This document shows positions 1 to 11,300 of a stretch of 64,000 nt of DNA, piece after piece. The first letter of the stretch is position 1; the number at the start of each line of letters is the position of its first letter. The stretch comes from Bradymonadia bacterium. Its GTDB lineage: Bacteria; Myxococcota_A; Bradymonadia; UBA7976; UBA1532. Under the pieces are notes generated by a model. It did not search any database. It was given only the letters and a program-made list of their open reading frames with translations, and was not told where the DNA came from. The position numbers were made by a program, and so were the translations under genes. Location of the stretch: assembly GCA_046290225.1 (NCBI GenBank), contig JBKAGE010000035.1:256001-320000 (forward strand), written 5' to 3'.

Positions 1-347
1 CGGTGGAGAGTGATCCGCTGTCGATGCGCCACGTGAGCCTCGTCTTCGAGAACCTGATGGCGAGCTGGGAGGTGAAGTCACGTACGTCCTACTCCCGCAT
101 TGGGGTGCGCATCGAACAGAGCGCCGCGCTGTCGGTTCACCGCGGGCAGACCATGCGCCAGGAGAGCGACGCCTCGATGGCCGTGGGGGCCCGCTACGAG
201 AGCCGCGTGGGGCTGCAGTCGAGCTACGTGTACTTCTTCTTCAACTTCGGGATGAGCTTCAACGACCCGGAGATGCTCGATTTACTGCCCCACCTGATCA
301 ACCACGGCATGCTCGACGTAGGCATGAACATCGCCAGTCGGCTGTGA
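1..347 (+). CDS. 3' end of a hypothetical protein (truncated by window edge)
   Basis: Open frame from the window edge to TGA ending at 347 with host-like codon usage; no recognisable motif. Confidence 0.6.
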   Translation, partial: VESDPLSMRHVSLVFENLMASWEVKSRTSYSRIGVRIEQSAALSVHRGQTMRQESDASMAVGARYESRVGLQSSYVYFFFNFGMSFNDPEMLDLLPHLINHGMLDVGMNIASRL

Positions 348-375
348 TTCCACTGCACCGCAGCAGCGGAATACA

Positions 376-425
376 TGGAGTATGGCTACTCCACCTGACA
401 CAAATGTGGAGTACGCGTACTCCAC
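376..425. promoter_or_regulatory. Two tandem palindromic operator-like sites TGGAGTA-N4-TACTCCA
   Basis: TGGAGTAtggcTACTCCA at 376-393 and TGGAGTAcgcgTACTCCA at 407-424 (perfect 20-bp palindrome 406-425), starts 31 bp apart, in the intergenic region upstream of the lipid operon. Confidence 0.6.
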
Positions 426-693
426 CCCGAGGTCCGCTGACCGGCCTTCTGAAACATTCAAAGAGAATTCATAGCAAATACAGACACTTAACCTCTACCC
501 CAGAGTCCCACAGCCTGTGGATAAACTCTACCCCACCCCCTGACAACCCAGGGAAAATCCACCGAAATCTGCCATCGACTGCGTACCGGATCGGGTCGAT
601 CTCGAGCTCAGATCGCAGATTTGGGCCGATTTGATCTGGATCGGACCTTGCAGAGAGGGGCTGCCAACACGAATCGCCCCCAAGGAGGTCGAC

Positions 694-2100
694 ATGCGCG
701 TCGGCATCATGACTGAGTATCCTTCCGTTGCCGTGCAGTCCGGGCCTGCCCTGCACACTCGCTTCTTGTACGAGCAGATGAAGGGTCGGGGGCACAGCGT
801 GGTGCTCATGGGGCCGGACACCGGCAGTGAAGATCCTATCGACGCTTCCGAGGTTCAGCTTTACAAAGGCCGCCCCTACCCCACGCACCCGAAGGTGAAG
901 ATCCCCATGCCGGCCAGCTTCGGCCACATGTGGAACGCCCCCGACGTGGACGTCATCCACTCCCAGACCAACACCCACATGGTGCATTACGCGGTCTGGA
1001 TGCGGCGCATGAACCGGGTGCCGGTGCTCAACACTCACACGGTGCACCTGCCCACCCACTCGCACTTCGTCATCTCGGACAAGATGTGGCAGAAGCCCGC
1101 GGTGCGGCGGTTCCTGATGAACAGCGCCTCGAAGCTCGAGCGCAACTTCGCCAAGCTCTACAACCAGGGCGACTACCTGATCGTGCAGAGCAAGCACTTC
1201 GTGCAGTACTGGAAGGACCGCGGCGTCACCATCCCCATCGAGGTGGTGGGCCGCCCCATCGACCCGGCGAAGTTCTCCAAGACCCCGGGCCGTGATCCGT
1301 TCCCCAAGGGCTTCACCAAGGGCAAGCGACTGCTGGTGGTCTGCCGCCACGACCGGGAGAAGAGCCTCGATCACCTGATCAAGATCTTCGCCGAGCATCT
1401 GGCGCCTTCTGATCCCGACATCACCCTCACCCTCGTCGGTGACGGCCACGATCACGTGAACCTCGTGAACCTCGCTTCACGGACGGGCTACGCCAACCGG
1501 ATTCACTTCCCCGGGGAGATGAAGCACGGCGAGCTCGTCGACTGGTACGCCCACAGCGACGTCTTCACCTACACCTCGATCTCCGAGACCTTCGGCAACG
1601 TGGTGAACGAGGCTCTGTGGTGCCGCCAGCCCGTGGTGGCCCTCAACGACAACATGGGCGTGGCCCATCAGGTCGAGGACGGCGTGAACGGGTTCCTCGT
1701 CGAGCCCAAGCAGGCCGACACCGACGTGCTCTTCGCGAAGCGCGTGATGCAGCTCGTCAACGACGACGCGCTCCGGGCCAGGATGGCGGAGACCGCCGCC
1801 GAGATGAGCCGGGCCCGCAGCCACCCCGACGTGGTGGTGAGCCGCTTCGAGAAGATCTACGGCGAGGCCAAGCGCCACTGCGACGCCACCATCACCCGGC
1901 CCCTGAGCGAGGCCAGCACCTTCCGCCAGAAGGCGGCCCTGGCCAACCACCTGCAGAAGTGGCGCTGGTACAACGGCTGGCTGCTCACCATCGCCAAGGT
2001 GGCCACGGGCCTCGGCGCCGGCCGCAAGGTGCCCACCCAGGCCCTGCCGGCCCCCACTGTGCACCAGACCGGCGAAGCCCGCCGGATCACCATCAGCTGA
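694..2100 (+). CDS. GT4 family glycosyltransferase (resembles diacylglycerol glycosyltransferases)
   Basis: AAGGAGG RBS before ATG 694; N-terminal MRVGIMTEYP, R-x-x-x-EK motif, SISETFGNVVNEA (E-x7-E) GT-B signature. Confidence 0.88.
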   Translation: MRVGIMTEYPSVAVQSGPALHTRFLYEQMKGRGHSVVLMGPDTGSEDPIDASEVQLYKGRPYPTHPKVKIPMPASFGHMWNAPDVDVIHSQTNTHMVHYAVWMRRMNRVPVLNTHTVHLPTHSHFVISDKMWQKPAVRRFLMNSASKLERNFAKLYNQGDYLIVQSKHFVQYWKDRGVTIPIEVVGRPIDPAKFSKTPGRDPFPKGFTKGKRLLVVCRHDREKSLDHLIKIFAEHLAPSDPDITLTLVGDGHDHVNLVNLASRTGYANRIHFPGEMKHGELVDWYAHSDVFTYTSISETFGNVVNEALWCRQPVVALNDNMGVAHQVEDGVNGFLVEPKQADTDVLFAKRVMQLVNDDALRARMAETAAEMSRARSHPDVVVSRFEKIYGEAKRHCDATITRPLSEASTFRQKAALANHLQKWRWYNGWLLTIAKVATGLGAGRKVPTQALPAPTVHQTGEARRITIS

Positions 2101-2109
2101 GTCGTCTAG

Positions 2110-3141
2110 ATGTCTGATCGCGGCCTCATCTTCGTCACCGGTGGCAACGGGTTCATCGGCAGCCGTGTCGTGCGCTTGCTCGTGGAGCAGGGCTACCGGG
2201 TGCGCTGCCTGTTGCGCCAGACCAGCAACACCGATCGCATCGATGATCTCGAGTTCGAGCGCTTCATCGGCGACGTGCGAGATCAAGCGTCCCTCACCGA
2301 GGGCATGCAGGGCGCTCAGGGGTGCATCCACCTCGCCTCGATCAGCGCCTGGGAGAAGATGGAGTCGGACGAGCTGGAAGACACGGTGATCTCCGGCACT
2401 GAATACGTGATGGAGGCCGCCCTCGCCGCGGGCAAGATCCGCACAGTCTTCGTCTCGTCGATCCTCGGCATCAACGGCACCACCGAGCCCCGGGAGATGA
2501 CCGAAGACGAGGTCTTCGGCCTCGAAGGCACCCCGCTGCGGTACGCCATCGCCAAGCACAAGGCCGAGGAGCGGGTCCGCCGCTACGTTGCGGAGCAGGG
2601 CCTGCCGGCGATCATCGTGAACCCCTGCGAGGTGTACGGCCCGGAAGACACCGGCCTGATCACCGCCTGCAACCTCATCGACTTCATCAATGGCTGGCCT
2701 GCCCTCACCCTGAAGGGGGGCACCGCCATCGTGCACGTGGACGACGTGGCTCAGGCCATGGTGGCCGCCCTCGAGAAGGGCGAGCCCGGCGAGCGCTACA
2801 TCCTCGGGGGGGACAACCTCACCCTCGACGCCCTCGCCCGCCTGACCCTCGACATCGCCGGCAAGCCCAACAAGACCGTGCTCCGCCTGCCGGTGGGGCC
2901 CGTCCGGGCTGTGGTCCGGGCCATGGCAGCCATCAAGCTGCCCACGCCCGTCGTGCCCCAGGTCCTCGATTACGCTCGTTATTACTACTTCGTCGATCAC
3001 ACCAAGGCCCGCGAGACGCTGGGGTTCGACCCCCGGCCCGCACGGGCGGTTCTGGAACCCACCATCGCCTGGCTCGCCGAGGCAGGGCACATCAAAGCCC
3101 TGCCCCAGAAGGCAGACGACTCCACCGCCCAGCGCGTGTGA
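2110..3141 (+). CDS. NAD(P)-dependent epimerase/dehydratase/reductase (extended SDR, DFR/HpnA-like)
   Basis: TGGNGFIG Rossmann motif, YAIAK (YxxxK), VHVDDVA, GERYILGG. Confidence 0.88.
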   Translation: MSDRGLIFVTGGNGFIGSRVVRLLVEQGYRVRCLLRQTSNTDRIDDLEFERFIGDVRDQASLTEGMQGAQGCIHLASISAWEKMESDELEDTVISGTEYVMEAALAAGKIRTVFVSSILGINGTTEPREMTEDEVFGLEGTPLRYAIAKHKAEERVRRYVAEQGLPAIIVNPCEVYGPEDTGLITACNLIDFINGWPALTLKGGTAIVHVDDVAQAMVAALEKGEPGERYILGGDNLTLDALARLTLDIAGKPNKTVLRLPVGPVRAVVRAMAAIKLPTPVVPQVLDYARYYYFVDHTKARETLGFDPRPARAVLEPTIAWLAEAGHIKALPQKADDSTAQRV

Positions 3142-3152
3142 AGGAGACCGAG

Positions 3153-4985
3153 ATGAACGCACCCAACATCCAGTCCCCGCAGCCCCTCGTCGCTCCGACC
3201 CTCACCGAGGCCCTCGACCGGCTCCCGAGCATGCGCCCCAACGGCGGCTACACCTTCATCGACATGAAGGGCGAGCAGCGTCTCGTGACCTATGCCGAGA
3301 TGAACACCCGCACCCGCAGCTTCGCCGGGCACCTGTACGATCAAGGCCTGCAGGTGGGCGATCGGGTGGGCCTCATCGTCATCGAGCCCGAAGACTTCGT
3401 GGTGGCCTTCTTGGGGACGATCCGCGCCGGCATGGTGCCGGTGCCCCTCTACCCCCCCATGGCCCTCGGCGAGCTCGACGCCTACCTCGGCCGCCTCGGC
3501 CGCATCTTGACCAAGGGTGAGGTGAAGGCCCTGGTGGCCTCGAAGGCCCTAGACAAGATCGTGTGGGGTGTCATGGGCAAGGTGCCCTGCCTCAAGGGCG
3601 TGCTCACCGTGGAGAAGCTCGTGGCCCCCCGCGAGCCCGTGGCTGATCTGCCGGTGCCCAAGGCCGATGATCTGTGCTTCTTGCAGTACACCTCGGGGTC
3701 GACCTCTGATCCCAAGGGTGTGGTGGTTCAGCACCAGCACTTGGCGGCGAACAGCCAGGCCATCGTGGATCACCTCGAGATCGACCGGCACACCGACAAG
3801 GCCTTCGCCTGGCTGCCGCTGTACCACGACATGGGCCTCATCGGCTTCGTGATCACCGGCACCCTGCACGGCTTCGACATCGTGCTCATGCCCACTCTGC
3901 GGTTCCTCAAGCGCCCCAACGCGTGGCTGCAGGGCATCCACGACACCCGGAGCACCATCACCTTCTGCCCGCCCTTCGCCCTGAGCCTCGCCGCTCGTCG
4001 GGCCAAGGAGGCTCAGCTCTCGAAGTGGGACTTGTCCTGCCTGCGGCTGGTGGGTGTGGGCGCCGAGCCGATCCAGCCCGAGGGGGCGCGGCAGTTCACC
4101 GAGCTGTTCAACGATCGCTGCGGCATGCCCACCACGGTGGTGACCCCGGCCTACGGCATGGCCGAGGCCACCCTGGCCATGTCGATGAAGCTGCCCGATC
4201 GTGAGTTCTCCACCCGCGTGGTCGACGCCGCCACCTTCGAGGCCACAGGCTGCGCGGTGACCGCCGAGGCCGGCGCCGCGGTGCTTGAGCACGTCTCCTG
4301 CGGCCGCCCGCTGCGCCGCCACCAGGTCCGGGCCATCAGCGCCGAGGGCAAGTGGCTGCCCGAGGGCGTGCAGGGCGAGCTGTGCTTCCGGGGGCCCTCG
4401 GTCACCGCGGGTTACTTGAACCAGCCCGAGGCCACCTCGGCGGCCTTCAAGAACGGCTGGCTGCACACCGGTGATCTGGGCTACGTGCTCGACGGCGAGA
4501 TCTTCGTCACGGGGCGACTGAAGGATCTGATCATCCTCAACGGCCGCAACCTGCACCCCCAGTCCCTGGAGTGGACGGTGGGCACCATCGACGGTGTGCG
4601 CAAAGGCAACGTGGTCTGCTTCTCGGTGCCCGGTGACGGCACCGAGGCCCTGGTGGTGGCCCTCGAGGCCCAGATCGACGCCCCTGAGGATCTCGCCGAG
4701 ACCGTGCGGGATCGCCTGCGCAAGGCCGAGGGCGTGCCGGTGGATCACGTGGTGATTTTGCAGAAGGGCCAGCTGCCCAAGACGTCTTCGGGTAAACTGC
4801 AGCGCCGCAAGGCCCGCCAGCTGTTCATCGAGGGCACCCTCGAGGCTCAGGGCTCTCGTGCTCAGGGCCAGGGCCCGAGCAACATCGCCGGCAAGGCCAC
4901 CCTTGCCCGCCACGTGGCCCGGAGCACCTGGGCCCGCATGAAGCACCAGGCCCGTGGGGCCCTGGGCCGGGGAGCGTTCTCTTGA
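3153..4985 (+). CDS. Fatty acyl-AMP ligase (FAAL)
   Basis: FLQYTSGSTSDPKGV, WLPLYHDMGLIG, YGMAEATL, TGDLG, GRLKDLII, LPKTSSGKLQR; AAGGAG RBS before ATG 3153 (alternative GTG 3138). Confidence 0.92.
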   Translation: MNAPNIQSPQPLVAPTLTEALDRLPSMRPNGGYTFIDMKGEQRLVTYAEMNTRTRSFAGHLYDQGLQVGDRVGLIVIEPEDFVVAFLGTIRAGMVPVPLYPPMALGELDAYLGRLGRILTKGEVKALVASKALDKIVWGVMGKVPCLKGVLTVEKLVAPREPVADLPVPKADDLCFLQYTSGSTSDPKGVVVQHQHLAANSQAIVDHLEIDRHTDKAFAWLPLYHDMGLIGFVITGTLHGFDIVLMPTLRFLKRPNAWLQGIHDTRSTITFCPPFALSLAARRAKEAQLSKWDLSCLRLVGVGAEPIQPEGARQFTELFNDRCGMPTTVVTPAYGMAEATLAMSMKLPDREFSTRVVDAATFEATGCAVTAEAGAAVLEHVSCGRPLRRHQVRAISAEGKWLPEGVQGELCFRGPSVTAGYLNQPEATSAAFKNGWLHTGDLGYVLDGEIFVTGRLKDLIILNGRNLHPQSLEWTVGTIDGVRKGNVVCFSVPGDGTEALVVALEAQIDAPEDLAETVRDRLRKAEGVPVDHVVILQKGQLPKTSSGKLQRRKARQLFIEGTLEAQGSRAQGQGPSNIAGKATLARHVARSTWARMKHQARGALGRGAFS

Positions 4986-5227
4986 CCGACGCCGAGATCC
5001 TCAACACCCTCAAAGAGGGCATCGCCGAGGTGGCGCCTCGCAAAGCCGCAGCCCTCACTGATCCTCAGCCCACCATGGCCCTCGCTGATCTGGGCCTCGA
5101 CTCGGTGTCGCTGATGGAGGTCTTCGGCTACCTCGAAGAGACCCTCGACCTGTACCTGCCCGAAGAGAAGCTCACCGAGCTGCGCACACTCGGTGACGTG
5201 ATCGCTCTGGTCCACGCGAGCCAGTAG
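4982..5227 (+). CDS. Stand-alone acyl carrier protein
   Basis: 81 aa, acidic, DLGLDSV phosphopantetheine serine motif; start overlaps the FAAL stop. Confidence 0.9.
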   Translation: MTDAEILNTLKEGIAEVAPRKAAALTDPQPTMALADLGLDSVSLMEVFGYLEETLDLYLPEEKLTELRTLGDVIALVHASQ

Positions 5228-5241
5228 CTGCCAGCGGGCTC

Positions 5242-5305
5242 ATCTCTGCTGAAGCCTGTCTCCACTGAAGCACATCTTCGCTGAAGCCTATCTCTGCTGA
5301 AGAAA
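5242..5305 (+). repeat. Four tandem imperfect 16-bp direct repeats (consensus ATCTCTGCTGAAGCCT)
   Basis: Units at 5242, 5258, 5274 and 5290 with invariant CTGAAG core. Confidence 0.85.
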
Positions 5306-5311
5306 GCCCCT

Positions 5312-8300
5312 ATGCACACGACCACCCCCATCGCCATCGTCGGCATTGGCTGCCGCTTTGCGGGCGCTCAAGATCTGCACGCCTACGCTGATCAGATGCT
5401 CGCCGGCGTCGACGGCTTTGGTCCGATCCCCGCGGATCGCTGGACCCACGACGGCTTCTTCGATCGCAACCCCCGCAAGGCCGACAAGGCCTACACCACA
5501 CGGGGCGGGTTCATCGACGACATCAAGAGCTTCCCCGCGGTGGCGCTGCAGATCCCGCCGCGGCGCCTCGAAGTGATGGATCCACAGCAACGCTTGATCT
5601 TGGAGGTGAGCCTTCAAGCGGTGGCGGACGCTGGGATGCACACCTCGGCCTTGCCAAAGCGTACTGGGGTGTACGTGGGGGTGACGGCGGTGGAGTTCCG
5701 CACGCTCATGGCCTCACGGATTCTGGCCCAGATGATGGCTCAGGGTGATCTCGGCGACGGCATGGTGGACCCCTCGGCCCTGGCGGCGGCCATCGATCGC
5801 GTGATCCCGCCCCGGCCCTTCACGGCACCAGGCGTGCTCTCGAACATGATCGCCGCCACGGTGGCTCAGGAGCTGGGTCTGAAGGGCCCGGCCTTCACCA
5901 TGGACGCGGCGTGCGCCTCGTCTCTGCTGGCGGTGGCCCAGGCGGTGACGGGTCTTCGGGCGGGGCTCACCGACGTGGCCCTGGCAGGCGGGGTGTACCT
6001 CTGCCTGACCCCGGAGCATCACGTGGCGTTCTCCCGCATCGGGGCCATCAGCCCCTCGGGGCGCTGCCTGCCCTTCGACGCCCGGGCCGACGGCTTCGTG
6101 CAGGGTGACGGCGCTGGCATGGTGATGCTCAAGCGCCTCGATGACGCCGAGGCCGCCGGGGATCGCATCTACGGCATCATCGAAGGCATCGCCGTGAACA
6201 ACGACGGTGGCGGCGAGGGCCCCATGGCCCCGGTGCAGTCCGGCCAGATGGACGTGATCGAGATGGCCTGGGCCGACGCGGGGCTGAGCGCTTCGAATCT
6301 GGGCTACGTGGAGACCCACGGCACCGGCACCGCGGTGGGCGACAAGACCGAGTTCGCCGCCCTGATGCAGACCCTCGGCGGTGATGTTCAGCAGGCGGCC
6401 TTGGGCTCGGCAAAGGCCAATGTGGGCCACACGATGTCCGCCGCTGGAGTGGCGGGCCTGATCCGGGCCACGCTGGCGCTCTCTCGCGAGGTGGTGCCCC
6501 CCATGGCCCACTTCGAAGGGGCCAAGGCCGAGCTGGGCCTCGACGACTCGCCTTTCTTCGTACCCACAGCCCAGCAGGCGTGGTCTGGTGCCGATCGCCT
6601 CGCGGCGGTGAGCAGCTTCGGCTTCGGCGGTACCAACGTGCATGCCGTCGTCCGCTCAGCCAATGGCGGCTCGATGGCTGCGCATGGCGCGCCCGCGCCC
6701 ACACCCCAGCTCGAGCTGGTGTGCATCTCGGCCCCTGACGAGGTCAGCCTGCAGACCCTCGCCGGCCGCACCGCCGACGCTCTTGAGGCCGATCCGAGCC
6801 TCACCGTGGCTGGAGTGGCCCGAGCATGGCAGGTCCGCCGAGCCCAGCCCGCTCGCCTGGCCCTCGTGGCCGACAACCGGGAAACCCTCGTAGCCCAGCT
6901 GCGGGCGGCCCAGGCCGGCGAGCACGCAGACGGCACCACGGCAGCCCTCGCACCGGAGACGCCCCCAAAGATCGCAGGGCTCTACCCTGGCCAGGGCGCC
7001 CAGCAGATCGGCATGTTGCGGGCCCTCAAAGATCGCTTTCCGATCATCGCCGACGCCCTCGCCGAGGCCGACTCTGTGGCCAGCGAGGTGTGCACGCGCC
7101 CGATCTCGGAGCTGCTCTACCCCGAGCTCCGCGCCGAGACCATCGACGATGAAGCCGCTCAGGCCGAGCTGACCAACACCCGCAACGCTCAGCCTGCTCT
7201 CATCGCCGTGGGCCACGCCCTCACCGCTTTGTTGGATCAGGTGGGTGTGCAGCTCGACGTTGTGGCTGGTCACTCCGTCGGTGAGTTCACCGCCGCGGTC
7301 ACCGCCGAGGTCCTGCCCTTCGAATCAGGCCTGCGCTGGGTGGCGGCTCGGGGCGCCGCCATGGCCGATCACGAGGGTGATCCTGGGGCTATGGTGGCCC
7401 TGCACGTGCCCGCAGAGCGGGCCGAGGCCCTCCTCGTCGAAGTTCTGCCTGTGGGGCACGACCACCACGGTGAAGCCATCGTGGCCAACCACAACCACCC
7501 CCGACAGGTGGTGGTCTCCGGCACGACGCCTGCGGTGGCCGTCATCACCGAGGCCGCCAAAGCTGCGGGCATGCGGGCCACGCCGCTCCAGGTCTCTCAC
7601 GGATTCCACTCCCCAGTCTTCGCCGATCTTGATCTGAGCGCTGTCGTCGATGGTCTCCCCCTCGCTGATCCGCAGATCCCCCTGGCGTCGTGTATCCAGG
7701 ATCATCCCTACGCCGACGCCGACGAAGCCCGCGCGGTCTTCAAAGCCCACGCCACCTCGCCGGTGCGCTTCGTGGATACGCTGAAGCAGTGCCAGCAGGC
7801 CGGCGCCGAGTTGTTCCTGCAGGTGGGTGTCGGCGGCCCGCTGGCCTCGTTCACCCGAGGCACCCTCGAGGCGGGCAGCCACAAGGGCGTGCTCACCCTG
7901 AGCAGCCACAAAGAGCACCTCTCGGTGGGCGCCCTGCTGCTCACCTTGGGCAAGCTCTGGGTGGCGGGCGTGCCCGTGAACACGGCGCCCATCACCGGCT
8001 CGGCCCCCGTGGCCAGTGTGCCCCCGGAGGTGCTCCCCCGCACATGGCACTGGGGCGTGAAGCGCGAGGGCAATGGCCGCACCACCCTCGTGGGTCTGCA
8101 GAGTGAGGCTAAAGCCCAAACCACAGCTCAACCCAAGACGACGACCAGCAGCCTCGCCGCTGAGAAGCCAGCGGCGAGCCCGGCCACCGCGCCCGCACCG
8201 CAGGTCGACGTGCCCGCTGAGTCGTCTGCTCAGGCCGCCTCTGCCGAGTCCGTCATTCTTTCCACTGTGGCTCAGGTGAGCGCCTACCCGCTCGCCGCCC

Positions 8301-11300
8301 TCAAGGTGGAGATGCGGCTCATGGAGGATCTGGGCTTCGACTCGCTCATGCTCGTCGATCTCGGGGAGCAGCTGGTCAAGGCGATCGACGGCCTCGACGG
8401 GCTGCCTCAGGAGCTCTTCGTCAACCAGCCCAGGATCCAGGATCTCATTGATTACGTGACCGCTCAGGGCGACAGCAACGCCGAGGCGAACACCTCGACA
8501 GCAGACGAGGCGCCAGCGCACATCGATGATCACGATCCGCTGTCGCGGTTCCGACCCCACTGGGTCGAGGCGCCGCTCCCCACGTCGACCACCCCGTGGC
8601 CCGAAGGGCTGAAGGTGGCCATCGCCGGGCCCGGCGTCAGCGCCGCGGGGGTGCGGAGCGCTCTGCAGCAACGCGGCAACGCGCTGGTGAGCCCCTCCGA
8701 ATGCGATGTGCTCGTCTGGTGCGCAGACGGTGTCGATCAGCCGCACCTGGCCCTCGTCGTCGATGGTGACGATCCGGCCCCTGATCCTGCCGCAGCGCTG
8801 CTGTCGACCCTCAAGACCCTCGACAGCAACAGCCACCGACCCGACGTGATGGTCCTCCGCGACGCCGAGGACTTCTGGGCCGAGGGCCTCACCGGGGTGA
8901 TCCGCGCCCTGGCGCGAGAGTGGCCCGAGAGCCGCTGCCAGAGCCTGCGCTTCGACGCAGGCCTCAGCGCCGAAGCCCGCGTGGAGATCTTCACCCAGGC
9001 TGCAGTGAGCGCCGACGCCACCGTCGACGCCCTGTTCACGCCCACAGGGCGCTTCATCGCCGATCTGGCCCCAGCGCCGGAGACCGCAGAGCCGTTTGCA
9101 CCCACCAAATGGGGCTGGACGGTGATCACCGGGGGCATGCGGAGCGTGGGCCTCGCCATTGCCCAGCGGCTGCTCGATGCCGGCGGCATGGTGGCCCTCG
9201 TGGGCCGCAAGGGCCCCTCCAGCGAGGCAGAAGATCTGTGGCACACCCACGGCGAGCGGGTGGCCTTCGTCAAAGCCGACGTGCTCGACAAAAAAGGCAT
9301 CGCGCTGGCGCTGGAGAGGTGGCATGGCCGAGTGCACACCATGGTGCACTGTGCTGGTGTCCTCGCCGACGGCGCAGTAGGTCAGGTGAGCCTTGAGGCG
9401 GGTCGCAGTGTACGCGCGGTCAAGACTCAGGGCTGGCTCAACAGCCTCGCCGCCTGTGGCCGGGGGCTCAAGCGCACTGTGGCCATCGGCTCGTGGGCAG
9501 GTCGTTTCGGCAACCGGCACCAGTTGCACTACGCTGCAGCCAACGCCCAGATGGCCGCCATCGCCGAGCATCTGCCGATCCCTGCAGTGGTCTCCGAGTT
9601 CGGCCCCTGGACCGACAGCACCATGGGGCAGACCCTCTCTGAGGGGGTCAAGGCCACCATGCGAGCCAGCGGCGTCGACTTCGTGGGCACCGAGGCGGGC
9701 GTGAACGCCGTGCTCGCCGATCTCGCCGATCCCATCGGGGTGAGCCTGAGGGCCCGCCGCGTACCTCAGCGCGATCGCCGCGTGCAGCAACGCGTGCCGT
9801 TGTCGGTGGCCGCGCACCCGTACCTGCACGATCACGCCATCGGCGGTGTGCCGGTGCTGCCCATGGCCTCAGTGGTCGATCTCATCGCGTGGTCCAGCGC
9901 CGTGCAGGGGCCCTTCGAGGTCAGCAACGTGCGCTTGTTCCGAGGGGTGACGGTCACCGAAGACACCCACCTCACGGTGCAGGTCAACGGCGACGCCGCT
10001 CGAGTGACTGGTCCTGAAGACACCCTGCACTACACCGCCACGGTGCGGCCTGTGCTCGACCTGCCCACCTGGGCCGCCGTCGACGCCACTGGCCCCGTGG
10101 GGGTCGATCTCGACACCTTCTACCGCGACGTCACGTTCCACGGCCCCATGCTGCGCGGCCTCGTCGCTGCCGAAGGCGCTGGGCCCGACGTGATCCGTGG
10201 TCGAGTGAAGACCGGCCGCCCCAGCGACTGGATGCCCGACACCGCGCGAGATCGCTGGTCTGTCGATCCGCTGGCCCTCGACTCGGCCTTCCAGCTCGCA
10301 GCCGTGGCCGCCTGGGTGCAGTTCCAGCGTGGGGGCACCCCCATCGCTCTGGAGCGTCTGGTCCAGATCGCGCCGCTGCCCGCAGGTGAGATCTGGGCCG
10401 AGGTGCGGCTGAAGAGCCACACCGGCGACCAGTTCACTGCCGATGTGGCCCTGCTCGACGCCAGCGGCGCGCTGTTGCTGCTCGCCGAGGGCCTCAAAGC
10501 AGAGCTGCGGGCCATCGAGGCCCCTGATCAGGGCCACGATCCAGCGCCCCAGGCACCTGAGACCCCTGCAACTGAAGCCCCTGCCGCCGAGGCGATGGAG
10601 CTGAAGCCCGAGTGGACCGACTTCGCCGAGGCCCCAGAGTACAAAGACCTGCGCATGCGCCTCGATATGGTGGGCGCGCTGGGCTTGAAGAACCCCTACT
10701 TCGACGTGCACCAGGGCACCGCCCGCAGCCACAGCCTCATCGACGGCCGCGACTGCCTGAACTACAGCAGCTACAACTACCTCGGTTACTCTGGTGATCC
10801 CCGAGTGCTCGACGCCGTCGAGGCCGCCATGCGCACGTACGGCACCTCGGTGAGCGCCAGCCGGGTGGCCAGTGGGGAGCGGCCGTTCCACGGTGAGCTC
10901 GAGCGGGGCCTCGCCGCCGCTCAGAACGCCGACGCTGCCGTGGTCATGGGCTCGGGTCACGCCACCAACGTCACCACCATCGGTCACCTGTTCGGCTCGA
11001 AGGATCTCATCCTGCACGACGAGCTGATCCACGACTCGTGTCTGCAGGGCATCAAGCTCTCCGGAGCTGCCCGCCGGAGCTATCGTCACGAGGATCCTGA
11101 GCACCTCGAGTCTCAGCTCAAGATGCTGCGCCCGCACTACGAGCGCGTGCTCATCTTGACCGAGGGCGTGTACTCGATGGACGGCGACATCTCGAACACA
11201 CCGGCCTTTGTGGCGCTCAAGCGCAAATACGGCTGCTTGCTGATGGTCGACGAGGCCCACTCCTTCGGCACCGTAGGGGCCACGGGCCGGGGCGTCGGCG

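Noticed and set aside
344..634. 96-aa ORF in the leader region
   Set aside because: Atypical codon usage, no RBS or motifs, and it overlaps the palindromic sites; more likely non-coding
348..693. Possible replication origin (DnaA box, GATC cluster, lower GC)
   Set aside because: Only one perfect box, no clear AT-rich unwinding element and no dnaA/dnaN/parAB context
5242..5305. Possible mini-CRISPR array
   Set aside because: Repeats are contiguous 16-mers with no spacers, and no cas genes are present
7325..9835. 836-aa antisense ORF inside the PKS (and similar long antisense ORFs such as 1477-3162, 44397-46748, 47538-49109)
   Set aside because: Shadow ORFs expected from high-GC codon bias; no motifs, and they fully overlap well-supported genes on the opposite strand
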